Shown: piece by piece, positions 37,718 to 47,404 of the stretch
How positions within the stretch are numbered: the stretch's first letter is position 1
How the letters are laid out: every line of letters starts with the position of its first letter
Assembly (NCBI GenBank): GCA_024228355.1
Contig: JAAETN010000394.1
Span: forward strand, 15,081-79,080
Direction: 5' to 3'
Source of the DNA: Maribacter sp.
GTDB taxonomy: Bacteria > Bacteroidota > Bacteroidia > Flavobacteriales > Flavobacteriaceae
DNA length: 64,000 nucleotides
Made by a program: the position numbers and the translations under genes
The notes under the pieces: generated by a model
Seen by the model: the letters and a program-made list of their open reading frames with translations, nothing else
What the model was told of the DNA's origin: nothing
Database searches by the model: none

Positions 37718-38767
37718 ATGTTAGAAGACAAGAATCAAGGAAAAACAGATTTGGAATCATTAGGGGAATTTGGGCTTATTGAACATTTGACCCAGCATTT
37801 TCCCATTACCCAAAAATCAACGCTAAAAGGTATTGGTGATGATGCCGCCGTTTTGAATTTTAAAGGGCGACAAACTGTGGTATCAACCGATCTCTTGATT
37901 GAGGGTGTTCACTTTGATTTGAGCTATATGCCCTTAAAGCATTTGGGCTATAAGGCCGTGATGGTTAACCTATCAGACATTTACGCAATGAATGCCAAGG
38001 CCACACAAATAACAGTTTCCATTGCGGTTTCCAATCGATTTCCGTTGGAAGCCTTGGAAGAGCTTTATGCCGGAATAGCTTTAGCTACAAAAATTTATGA
38101 TGTTGACTTGGTAGGTGGTGACACCACATCATCGACTACAGGGTTGATAATAAGCATTACCGCAATAGGAGTAGCAATAGCCGATGAAATTGTTTATCGA
38201 AATGGCGCCAAAGCAAATGATCTATTGGTGGTATCGGGGGATTTAGGCGGTGCTTATATGGGATTGCAGGTGCTGGAACGTGAAAAGGAAGTCTTTAAAG
38301 TAAACCCGAATAATCAACCTGATTTGGAGCCGTATTCGTATATCGTGGAACGGCAATTAAAACCTGAGGCGAGGAAGGATATTCCCGAATTGTTGGCAAA
38401 ATTAGACGTTCATCCAACTTCAATGATCGATATAAGTGACGGTCTCTCTTCCGAAATATTACATTTATGCAAACAGAGCAAAGTGGGTTGTAATTTGTTC
38501 GAGGATAAAATCCCATTAGATCCAACGGTAATTTCCGCATGTGAGGAATTTAAAATGGACAGTACTTTAGTCGCTTTAAGTGGGGGAGAGGATTATGAAC
38601 TTTTATTCACAATAGACCAAAAAGAATTCCCGAAAATAAAGGGCAATCCTAACTTAACAGTCGTGGGGCACATGACTGCTGAGAACGAAGGTGCTCACTT
38701 GATTTCCAGGAATAACTCTAGAATTCCATTGACCGCTCAGGGTTGGAACTCATTTGCCAAAACATAA
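37718..38767 (+). CDS. thiL: Thiamine-monophosphate kinase
   Basis: GEFGLI, GIGDDAAV, NLSDIYAMNA, GGDTT, DISDGL and GGEDYEL motifs; ATG at 37718 just after TATTTTTG (37706-37713). Confidence 0.95.
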   Translation: MLEDKNQGKTDLESLGEFGLIEHLTQHFPITQKSTLKGIGDDAAVLNFKGRQTVVSTDLLIEGVHFDLSYMPLKHLGYKAVMVNLSDIYAMNAKATQITVSIAVSNRFPLEALEELYAGIALATKIYDVDLVGGDTTSSTTGLIISITAIGVAIADEIVYRNGAKANDLLVVSGDLGGAYMGLQVLEREKEVFKVNPNNQPDLEPYSYIVERQLKPEARKDIPELLAKLDVHPTSMIDISDGLSSEILHLCKQSKVGCNLFEDKIPLDPTVISACEEFKMDSTLVALSGGEDYELLFTIDQKEFPKIKGNPNLTVVGHMTAENEGAHLISRNNSRIPLTAQGWNSFAKT

Positions 38768-38986
38768 TTAGGCTGCGTGATCCGCAGTGCTATGTCTTCT
38801 TTGATATATATTTTCCAAGGTATCATTGATTTCCTGCAGTTCAGGGGTCAAAACTGAAAGATTACCAGTAGCATCTGTGGTCACTTCTTGGCCACAATGA
38901 ATGCATTGGTATTCCTTGATGTGTTTGGTGACTTTTTTGGATACGGAGTAATGATGTCCAAAAATACTGCATATTACTTTCTTCAT
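38768..38986 (-). CDS. Small putative Zn-binding protein (C-x4-H..C-x2-C; DUF1660-like)
   Basis: 72 aa from ATG 38986: ICSIFGHHY..EYQCIHCG. Confidence 0.7.
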   Translation of the reverse strand: MKKVICSIFGHHYSVSKKVTKHIKEYQCIHCGQEVTTDATGNLSVLTPELQEINDTLENIYQRRHSTADHAA

Positions 38987-39249
38987 GATGTAGGTTTTTA
39001 AGTAAGCATTTATTGGGATTTGGGTGCCTAATAAACACTGATAATTGGGGTTTGGGTTAACTGTAAAAAGTGGTTCATGAAACACTTTATTATACAACGC
39101 CCATTACTGTATTTTATTAGTACTGACACCATTTTTGCTTCATAAATTCGTTGAATTACCTTTTAATCGACAAACTGTTCGTTTCTAACGATGAAATACA
39201 TAGTTGTCCTTTTCTCTTTTTACTTTATCTTTCACCGATAATACCACTC

Positions 39250-40530
39250 ATGAACAAAACCAAGGAAACCCTCGTAATTGCCTTTGCCCTTTTTTCACTT
39301 TTCTTCGGCGCAGGAAATTTAATACTTCCCCCACAGCTGGGATTCAAGTCGGGTGATTTTTGGTGGTTGGTTACTTTGGGGTTTTGTTTGTCGGCAGTTT
39401 TAATTCCCATAATGGGTATTCTAGCCCATGCCAAATTGCAGGGTACCATTTTCGATTTTGGTAAAAAAGTATCCCCCACTTTTAGTTTGGTATATTCCTT
39501 CATTGTTTATGCCATTTCGATAGCATTACCTTCGCCACGTACAGCCTCAGTGACCCATGAAATTGCCATTCAACCTTTTTTTGAGACTCCCTATATCGTT
39601 ACAAGCATTCTCTATTTTGCTTTGGTATTTATTTTTGTTATTAACCGTTCCAAAATATTGAATGTGATTGGCAAAGTACTTACTCCGGCCATCATCATTA
39701 TTCTGTTATTGATTATGGGTATTGCCACTTTCTCTTACACCTTTGATTTTGGTGACATTGTTTTTAATAATCCTTTTACCGATGGGATTTTGGAAGGTTA
39801 CCAAACCTTTGATGCCATTGGTGCGGTAGTTGTAGGTGGAGTGATTATTATTTCTATTAATCTAAAAAAGAAAAATGCCTCGTATGAGGATAAAAAGCGC
39901 ATTATTCGCAGAGCTGGTTGGTTGGCGGGTTTGGGATTATTTTTAATCTATGCCGGACTCATCTTTACAGGTGCATTGATGCATAATGAATTTGAAGCTA
40001 ATATTTCACGAACAGCCCTGCTTAATGGCATCAGTATTAAAACCTTGGGCAATACCGCCAACTTGCTTTTAAGCATCTTGGTGAGTCTAGCCTGTTTTAC
40101 AACAGCCGTTGGTATAGTTGCCGGTACAGCAGATTTTATGAAATTTAAATTTGGGGACTCGCAAAAGGCCTATACACTAACAGCTATCATAGGTTGCGTA
40201 TTAGGCGTTACCATGGGACAATTTGATGTACATTACATTATTGCGGTTGCAGTGCCTGCCCTAATGTTTATTTACCCAATCACCATAGTCTTGATATTAT
40301 TGAATGTTTTACCCGAAAAATATTCTTCTTCCAAAATTTTTAAGGCTGTCATTGTTACCACAATTCTCTTCAGTATTCCTGACTTTTTAGAAAGCATCGG
40401 ATTTGTAGAGTCTATTGCCTCAGTTAAGGAATTAATACCATTGGGTGCTTTTAGTATGGGGTGGGTATTGCCTGCAGGTTTAGTATTTGTGCTTGTCAAT
40501 GTATTGGTCAATATTAAAAACGAATTATGA
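39250..40530 (+). CDS. brnQ: Branched-chain amino acid:cation symporter
   Basis: FSLFFGAGNLILPP, PRTA, EGYQTFDAIG, LACFTTAVG and YPITIVLI motifs; ATG at 39250. Confidence 0.92.
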   Translation: MNKTKETLVIAFALFSLFFGAGNLILPPQLGFKSGDFWWLVTLGFCLSAVLIPIMGILAHAKLQGTIFDFGKKVSPTFSLVYSFIVYAISIALPSPRTASVTHEIAIQPFFETPYIVTSILYFALVFIFVINRSKILNVIGKVLTPAIIIILLLIMGIATFSYTFDFGDIVFNNPFTDGILEGYQTFDAIGAVVVGGVIIISINLKKKNASYEDKKRIIRRAGWLAGLGLFLIYAGLIFTGALMHNEFEANISRTALLNGISIKTLGNTANLLLSILVSLACFTTAVGIVAGTADFMKFKFGDSQKAYTLTAIIGCVLGVTMGQFDVHYIIAVAVPALMFIYPITIVLILLNVLPEKYSSSKIFKAVIVTTILFSIPDFLESIGFVESIASVKELIPLGAFSMGWVLPAGLVFVLVNVLVNIKNEL

Positions 40531-40973
40531 AAGATTACGCAATTCTTGTATTACTCATTTTGGTCGTTAGCTGCACTTCCAAATCATCCGATATCAATGA
40601 AGAACAAGCGATAATGGATACCCTCACTGCCATGTGGGATGCTATTGAAAAGGAAGATATGGAAAGCTATGCCTCCCTTGTCCATGATGATTTTACCCAA
40701 TTCGGGGAGACCGACCCAACCCTGAATATTGGCAAGGAAATAGAAGTTGAGGGTGTTAGGGAATGGGTAAAAAATTCTGATGGTATTCATACTGAAATGA
40801 TTGAACCAAGAGTGACTATCAAAGAAAATGTCGCATGGATTACCTACTATTGGTCTGATTTTGGAACTACTAACGGTAAAGCATTTGCCTCAAAAGGTAA
40901 ATCCACACGAATTTTTGTAAAAGAAAAAGGTAAGTGGTTATGTATTCATGGACATTATACGCTATTGCCGTAA
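40527..40973 (+). CDS. NTF2-like/SnoaL (DUF4440) lipoprotein
   Basis: Lipobox VVSC; C-terminal KGKWLCIHGHY. Confidence 0.75.
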   Translation: MKDYAILVLLILVVSCTSKSSDINEEQAIMDTLTAMWDAIEKEDMESYASLVHDDFTQFGETDPTLNIGKEIEVEGVREWVKNSDGIHTEMIEPRVTIKENVAWITYYWSDFGTTNGKAFASKGKSTRIFVKEKGKWLCIHGHYTLLP

Positions 40974-40988
40974 ATTACATTCTTAAGG

Positions 40989-41696
40989 TTAATCGTCTGC
41001 TGATAAAACCCGTAGTTTAATATTCCTGAATGCGACTTTGCCCCCATACTCCTGAAGGCTTATATGACCTGTTCTGGCCGTGCCGAATTCGGACCATTTA
41101 GCAAAGCCCGATTTGGCAATCATGGCCTCCCAATCTGGCCCATGCACCGGAAAACGTACAACTTCCTGCTGATTGAATATCACATATCCAATATTTTCAG
41201 TATGATCAATATGCAATAAATAGTGGTTCCATTTCCCAGCCGGTTTGCTTACGATTTTCGATGGGGGCAATAACCCATATAAGGATCCTGCACGATTGAT
41301 ATCACCTCGCTCCTCTACATATTCCTTCCAATTATCATCCAAAATTTGAATCTCGGGTCCAGTTTCGTAGGGATGCTTATACTGCTCATCCTCAATCACA
41401 CCCCAAAAGACACCGGAATTTCCATGAAGCCCAATGTTCCACTCCAATGAAAGTTCAAAATTCGTGAATTTATCATCTGTCACCAGATTGGAACTGCCAC
41501 CTCCTTCACGTCGTTGAAAGTCATATATCAATTCCCCATTTTCAACATACCAGCCATCATAAGAACCATCTTCTCCATAGGTATGCCATCCTTCCAGGTT
41601 TTCCCCATTAAACAGTTCATTCCAATCGTCTTTTGATGGATTACAGCCTATTAAAAGTAGACCCATAAATAGTACGCAGATTTTATAAACTTTCAT
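40989..41696 (-). CDS. DUF1080 (3-keto-glycoside hydrolase-like) lipoprotein
   Basis: LFNGENLEGW, NFELSLEW, GNSGV, EIQILD, GKWNHY, GHISLQEYG and FRNIK motifs. Confidence 0.88.
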   Translation of the reverse strand: MKVYKICVLFMGLLLIGCNPSKDDWNELFNGENLEGWHTYGEDGSYDGWYVENGELIYDFQRREGGGSSNLVTDDKFTNFELSLEWNIGLHGNSGVFWGVIEDEQYKHPYETGPEIQILDDNWKEYVEERGDINRAGSLYGLLPPSKIVSKPAGKWNHYLLHIDHTENIGYVIFNQQEVVRFPVHGPDWEAMIAKSGFAKWSEFGTARTGHISLQEYGGKVAFRNIKLRVLSADD

Positions 41697-41859
41697 AAAA
41701 CGAATTTGGTTTAGTGATTAACAATGATTTAGATATAGTATTCATTTGAACTCAATCGTCCAATTTGTGAAGTTAGCCGAAATTATATCGAAAATCAAGA
41801 CAAATTAATTTTCTGAAATGTCTTACCATATATTTGCATGGGTAAAAGAGAGTTACAAA

Positions 41860-42336
41860 ATGGAAGATTTCACACTGGCAAGGGTTATACATATAGTTGC
41901 GGTTGTATTATGGATCGGGGGCGTAGGTATGGTCACCACAGTAATTATCCCCGCTGTGAAAAAAATGAAATCGAAAGAAGACCAAATAAAGACCTTCGAA
42001 CAGATTGAGGGGAAGTTTGCTCTCCAGGCCAAAATCACAACCTTACTTACCGGCTTATCCGGGTTTTATATGCTTTATGTTCTTGACGGATGGGATCGGT
42101 ATCTCGATTATAAATTCTGGTGGATCCATGCCATGACCTTGGTTTGGATTTTGTTCACCATTGTTTTGTTCATTCTAGAGCCATTTGTACTTCACAGACT
42201 CTTCAAAAAATATGCGAATGAAAATCCAGGGAAGACTTTTGCTGTAATGCACAGGGTACACTGGATATTACTTATTATTAGTTTGATCACTACTGCAGGA
42301 GCAGTTGCCGGTAGCCATGGGTGGTTTTGGGTTTAA
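41860..42336 (+). CDS. Four-helix membrane protein (CopD-like, His-rich)
   Basis: HIVAVVLWIGG, WWIHAM and HRVH motifs; TATATTTG at 41829-41836; ATG at 41860. Confidence 0.65.
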   Translation: MEDFTLARVIHIVAVVLWIGGVGMVTTVIIPAVKKMKSKEDQIKTFEQIEGKFALQAKITTLLTGLSGFYMLYVLDGWDRYLDYKFWWIHAMTLVWILFTIVLFILEPFVLHRLFKKYANENPGKTFAVMHRVHWILLIISLITTAGAVAGSHGWFWV

Positions 42337-42384
42337 TTAGTTTTAAGTTCAGAGTTTTCAGTTTCTAGTTTAAAGTACAAAGTT
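42336..42384. repeat. 7-bp-period array (nnnAGTT)x7
   Basis: attagtt|ttaagtt|cagagtt|ttcagtt|tctagtt|taaagta|caaagtt. Confidence 0.7.
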
Positions 42385-42526
42385 CAATTAGTAGAACATT
42401 TCCTTTTTTAAAATAGCTTGTCACTCCTAAAGGTAATTATGTCCCATTTTTCCAATCTTGAAACTATTCCTCATCCTATTTTATTATATTCGACTACAAA
42501 TTAAATTGGATATTTTTTAGCTTAGA

Positions 42527-44173
42527 ATGACAGAGAAGAAGTATCAATCCGATGTTATTGTTATTGGAGGTGGCATTGCCGGTATTGTAACCGCCTTGGA
42601 ATTATTAGAAAAAGGGAGAAAGGTCATCCTTTTGGAAAGAGGGCCCAAAAAATCATTTGGCGGATTGGCAATTAGTTCTTTTGGAGGAATGTTTTTTGTT
42701 GATACCCGGGAACAGCGAAGATTTGGAATGAAGGATTCCGTTGATCTAGCCTTAAGCGATTGGTTTGCCGTAGCAAATTTTAAAGAGACTGACGTGTTAC
42801 CCAAAAAATGGGCTGAGCAATACGTAAACATGTGTACACCTTATGTTTACAATTATTTGAAGCGTTTAAAAATCAAGTTTTTCCCCGTGGTGCATTGGGT
42901 CGAGAGAGGACTTTATAAACCAGGTAATTCTTATCCAAGATTTCATATTGTTTGGGGCACTGGATATGGGTTGACCAAAACCTTGATAGAAAATCTACTC
43001 AACCATCCCAAAAAAGAAAGTCATTTACAGCTATTTTTTGACCACAAGGTAGATGGATTCTTAGTTCAGAATAATGTAGTTATCGGTGTTCAAGGTACCT
43101 TGGAAACCGATTCTACCCAAAAATTCGAGGTAAATGCTGAACATACCGTAGTAGCTGCAGGCGGAATGGGGGGTAATATTGAAAGGGTAAAGAAAAACTG
43201 GTACAAGCCATGGGGCGAGCCACCTGAAAAAATCCTGAATGGTTCATCCATTTTCGCAGATGGAGCCATGCATGATGCGGTTGCAAATGTAAATGGAAAC
43301 TTAACGCATTTGGATAAAAATTGGCCTTACCCTGCTGGGGTTCACCACCCAAGACCACAATTTGAAAATCATGGATTAAGCCTAGTTCCCTGTAAATCTG
43401 CCCTATGGTTAGATTACACAGGAAAACGATTTGGTCCTGAACCATTAATCACAGCCTATGATACGCGACATATCGTAGAGAAAATATGTGAGCAAAAAAA
43501 GAAGTATTCCTGGCAAATACTAAATATGAAAATAGCGTATAAAGAATTTGCCATTTCGGGCTCAGAATCCAATGCCTCAATAAGGGACAAAAACTATTTT
43601 CAATTTATAAAATCTGTTCTTCTGGGAAACAAGAAATTGGTTCACGATATGCTAGAAAATTGTCAGGACTTTGTAATCGGCAATACTTTGGAAGAACTGG
43701 TTGACAAAATGAATGCATTACAACAAAATGATGACGTAAAAATTCAAAACGTACAACAGGCGGTTTTATCCTATGACGAAATGACAAGACGCCCCAAAAA
43801 GTTTCAAAACGATGAACAATTACGAAGGATTGCCCACACCAGGCAATATATGGGTGATCGTTCAAGGACATGTAAAAACCAACCTATATTTGATAAACAA
43901 GCATTGCCTTTGATTGCCATAAGAGAGTTTATATTAAGCAGAAAAACTTTAGGGGGAATCCAAACCGACCTTAATGGAAGGGTATTAACAACTCCTTTGA
44001 ATGGAAGCCAAAAAACAATACCGGGTTTATACGCAGTGGGTGAAGCTTCTGGGTTCGGAGGAGGCGGAATGCATGGGGAGGGAGCTTTGGAGGGCACTTT
44101 CTTAGGAGGTTGCGTATTAACAGCAAGAGTGGTTGCAGCTGATATTGCAGGTCAAAAACTAGGAGATCGTTAA
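42527..44173 (+). CDS. FAD-binding dehydrogenase (KsdD/FAD_binding_2-like)
   Basis: IGGGIAG, GGLAISSFGG, YPRFHIVWGTG, RKTLGGIQTD and GLYAVGEASGFGGGG..EGTFLGGC motifs. Confidence 0.85.
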   Translation: MTEKKYQSDVIVIGGGIAGIVTALELLEKGRKVILLERGPKKSFGGLAISSFGGMFFVDTREQRRFGMKDSVDLALSDWFAVANFKETDVLPKKWAEQYVNMCTPYVYNYLKRLKIKFFPVVHWVERGLYKPGNSYPRFHIVWGTGYGLTKTLIENLLNHPKKESHLQLFFDHKVDGFLVQNNVVIGVQGTLETDSTQKFEVNAEHTVVAAGGMGGNIERVKKNWYKPWGEPPEKILNGSSIFADGAMHDAVANVNGNLTHLDKNWPYPAGVHHPRPQFENHGLSLVPCKSALWLDYTGKRFGPEPLITAYDTRHIVEKICEQKKKYSWQILNMKIAYKEFAISGSESNASIRDKNYFQFIKSVLLGNKKLVHDMLENCQDFVIGNTLEELVDKMNALQQNDDVKIQNVQQAVLSYDEMTRRPKKFQNDEQLRRIAHTRQYMGDRSRTCKNQPIFDKQALPLIAIREFILSRKTLGGIQTDLNGRVLTTPLNGSQKTIPGLYAVGEASGFGGGGMHGEGALEGTFLGGCVLTARVVAADIAGQKLGDR

Positions 44174-44203
44174 TAATAAAATAAACAATTACAAATAATC
44201 AAC

Positions 44204-45940
44204 ATGAATAAAACGGGTGCCTACTTGGTACGATTTGCACTTGAACAGATCGGAGTAAAATATACTTTTGGAATTCCGGGTGTGCACAACACCGAGATTT
44301 ACGATGAATTGAATAAAAGTGAATTAATAACACCAATGCTAGTAACCCACGAGGGAGGTGCATCCTTTATGGCCGACGCCATTTCAAGAACAAGCGAAAG
44401 CATTGGTTGTTGTGTAATTGTTCCGGCCGCTGGTACAACTCATGCAATGAGCGGAATTGGTGAATCATATTTAGACGGTATACCTACCTTGATAATTTCA
44501 GGAGGTATCCGGACTGATTCAGGACGCGCCTATCAGTTACATGCGCTTAACCAGATAAATTTGGTTCAGGAAATTACCAAAGCAGCATACTTGGTAAATA
44601 AACATGAAGATATTGTGCCTACTCTTTATGAAGCATACCAAACTGCTATTAGCGGTGAGCCCGGACCGGTTTTTGTTGAAATCCCTGTTAACCTCCAACT
44701 TTTCAAAGGGGAGATTTCCAATTTGCCGGAACTAGAATTAAATGTTTCAAACCCTACGATTGACCCTAGCAAAATAAAAAAAGCAGTAGATATTTTATTG
44801 GAGGCTAAAAATCCGACCATAAATGTTGGGTGGGGAGCCGTTGATGCTCTCAAGTATACCGTGAAAATAGCTGAAAAATTAATTGCTCCCGTTTCCACGA
44901 CCCTACAAGGTAAAAGTGCTTTCCCAAATAGTCATCCACTTTCTACAGGAGTTGGTTTTGGTGCATCTTCAAAACCAGCATCTAGAAATGCATTTTCAAA
45001 ATCGGATGCCATGCTGGCCGTCGGAGTCCGGTTTTCGGAGCTAGGTACAGGAAGTTATGGAATAAAAAAACCAGAAAATCTAATTCACATTGATATCAAT
45101 CCTAAAGTTTTTAATGCCAATTATAAAACTGTCCTGTCCATAGAAGCAGATGCTGTTGATGCCCTAAAAGCCATCTCTGAGGAATTGGAAAGCAGGGACT
45201 GGAACGGCCCAAGAGAGATGAAAGCGTTAAGTGAACAAATCAAAAAAGACGAAACTAAATACTTGAATGAATGGCTAAAAGACAAAAAAAAGGATTTAGT
45301 TTCACCTGGACACTTTTTTAAAGCGTTACAAAAGTTAACAAACCCCAATGCCAAAGTAGTTGTAGATGATGGAAAACATACGTTTCTTGCTGCCGAACTT
45401 TTTAAGGTAAATCAATCCCGTCAGTTTATTTCCCCTACAGATTTCAATTGTATGGGATATTGCGTTCCAGCTGCAATCGCAACAAAATTGGCAAACCCGG
45501 ATAATGAGGTAATTGCAATTGTTGGTGACGGTGCTTTTATGATGACCTGTATGGAGTTGGTAACGGCCTCTGCAAATAATATTGCTCCTATGGTCTTTGT
45601 ATTTCATGATGGAGAGTTAGGTCAAATCTCCCAACTTCAGGCGGTACCCCTAAAATATAAAACGTGTTCGGTAATAGGGAACTTGAATGTTGAAGGTGTA
45701 GCTTTAGCAGTAGGCGCCCATTATTTACAGATGTATAATGATGAACAAATAGAGTCAAAAATCAAAGAAGCGATACAAGTTTCCTCAGAAGGGAAACCTG
45801 TAATAATAGATGTCAATATTGATTACACCAAAAAAACCATGTTGACCAAGGGTGTTCTCTCAACCAATTTAAAACGCTTTTCATTTAAGGAAAAAGTTAG
45901 GTTTATCTCTAGGGCGCTCAAACGACGAATTGTAGGGTAA
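44204..45940 (+). CDS. ThDP-dependent enzyme, acetolactate-synthase/decarboxylase family
   Basis: FGIPGVH, THEGGASFMAD, PGPV, MGYCVPAA and GDGAF..N ThDP motifs. Confidence 0.88.
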   Translation: MNKTGAYLVRFALEQIGVKYTFGIPGVHNTEIYDELNKSELITPMLVTHEGGASFMADAISRTSESIGCCVIVPAAGTTHAMSGIGESYLDGIPTLIISGGIRTDSGRAYQLHALNQINLVQEITKAAYLVNKHEDIVPTLYEAYQTAISGEPGPVFVEIPVNLQLFKGEISNLPELELNVSNPTIDPSKIKKAVDILLEAKNPTINVGWGAVDALKYTVKIAEKLIAPVSTTLQGKSAFPNSHPLSTGVGFGASSKPASRNAFSKSDAMLAVGVRFSELGTGSYGIKKPENLIHIDINPKVFNANYKTVLSIEADAVDALKAISEELESRDWNGPREMKALSEQIKKDETKYLNEWLKDKKKDLVSPGHFFKALQKLTNPNAKVVVDDGKHTFLAAELFKVNQSRQFISPTDFNCMGYCVPAAIATKLANPDNEVIAIVGDGAFMMTCMELVTASANNIAPMVFVFHDGELGQISQLQAVPLKYKTCSVIGNLNVEGVALAVGAHYLQMYNDEQIESKIKEAIQVSSEGKPVIIDVNIDYTKKTMLTKGVLSTNLKRFSFKEKVRFISRALKRRIVG

Positions 45941-45946
45941 AGGATA

Positions 45947-47239
45947 TTAGACTTGCATTAGTTCCTCGATTTCTTCGATTTCAATAGGAATATTGGCCAT
46001 TAGATTAAATGGTTCTCCTTTTTCCTGGATTACTACATCATCCTCCAAACGAATCCCCATGTTCTCTTTGGGAATATAAATACCTGGCTCAACAGTGAAG
46101 ACCATATTAGCTTTCATAGGGGTTTTCAGTGCGCCATAATCATGGGTATTCAACCCAATATGGTGACTGGTGCCGTGCATAAAGTACTTTTTATAGGCTG
46201 GCCAATCTTTATCCTCGTTTTGAACATCAGCTTTGTCCAACAAGCCCAATCCCAATAACTCTGATGTCATTATTTTGCCAACTTCCTTATGGTATTCGGC
46301 CCAAATGGTTCCAGGAACCAACATTTTGGTGGCTTCATTCTTCACCCTTAGTACTGCTTGGTAAACTGCTTTCTGCCGCTCCGTAAATTTGCCATTGACC
46401 GGGATGGTTCTCGTAAGGTCACTGGAGTAGTTGGCATATTCGGCAGCAACATCCATCAACAACATATCGCCCTCCTTGCATTGCAAGTTGTTTTCAATGT
46501 AATGCAGTACAATGGCATTACCCCCTGAAGCAATAATCGGGGTATAGGCGAACCCTTTAGAGCGATTTCGTACAAACTCATGTAAAAGTTCGGCCTCAAT
46601 CTCATATTCCCAAACCCCGGGTTTAACAAAGTCCAATAAACGCCGAAATCCTTTTTCAGTAATGTTGCAGGCGTGCTGCATCAATGCGATTTCCTCAGGT
46701 TCCTTTACACCGCGGATCTCCTCCATAATAGGAAAACTCTTCGCGACTTGATGCGCCGGGAATTTTTGTTTACAATCCAAAATAAATCGGTCTTCCCTGG
46801 TTTGAGTCGTAACCGCTTGCCGATAATGCTCATTGGTATTGAAGTAAATCGTATCGGCTTCCGTCATTAAATCAAAAAAGATCTTATCAAAATCGGTCAA
46901 CCAATAAATAGTATCAATCCCTGAAACGTAAGTAGCTTTATCTTTGGTCAATTTTGGTCCTTCCCAAATGGCAATATGGTCATTCGTCTCACGAACAAAA
47001 AGAATTTCACGGTGCTTTTTATCCAAGGCATCCGGAAACAACAACAAAATACTTTCCTCTTGATCCACACCACTCAAATAAAAGATATCACGGTGCTGCT
47101 CAAAGTCCAAGGTTGCATCTGCACTTATAGGATAAATATCATTGGAATTGAATACCGCAATGCTCGACGGCTTCATTTTAGCCATGAATTTATTACGGTT
47201 TTTTATAAAAAGCTGATTACTGATTTGCTGGTATTTCAT
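45947..47239 (-). CDS. pepP: Xaa-Pro aminopeptidase (M24B)
   Basis: DVAAEY..YSSDLTRT, HGTSHHIGLNTHD, TVEPGIY and GIRLEDD motifs. Confidence 0.92.
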   Translation of the reverse strand: MKYQQISNQLFIKNRNKFMAKMKPSSIAVFNSNDIYPISADATLDFEQHRDIFYLSGVDQEESILLLFPDALDKKHREILFVRETNDHIAIWEGPKLTKDKATYVSGIDTIYWLTDFDKIFFDLMTEADTIYFNTNEHYRQAVTTQTREDRFILDCKQKFPAHQVAKSFPIMEEIRGVKEPEEIALMQHACNITEKGFRRLLDFVKPGVWEYEIEAELLHEFVRNRSKGFAYTPIIASGGNAIVLHYIENNLQCKEGDMLLMDVAAEYANYSSDLTRTIPVNGKFTERQKAVYQAVLRVKNEATKMLVPGTIWAEYHKEVGKIMTSELLGLGLLDKADVQNEDKDWPAYKKYFMHGTSHHIGLNTHDYGALKTPMKANMVFTVEPGIYIPKENMGIRLEDDVVIQEKGEPFNLMANIPIEIEEIEELMQV

Positions 47240-47404
47240 ATGGAATGCATTAGTGTGATAAATTTAATAATTCCTGTAAGGAAAGGGCCAATTTCCAAAT
47301 TTAATTATCTTAGTAAACGCAAAATACTTACGATTTTCCCCGATTCATTCAGTTAGCTCTAAAAAAGTAACAATTCAAGAAATATTTCTCTTTATAGCCA
47401 TTAT

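Noticed and set aside
38768-38986. DUF1660-like gene as evidence of a prophage
   Set aside because: No other phage genes, integrase or att sites; flanked by thiL and brnQ
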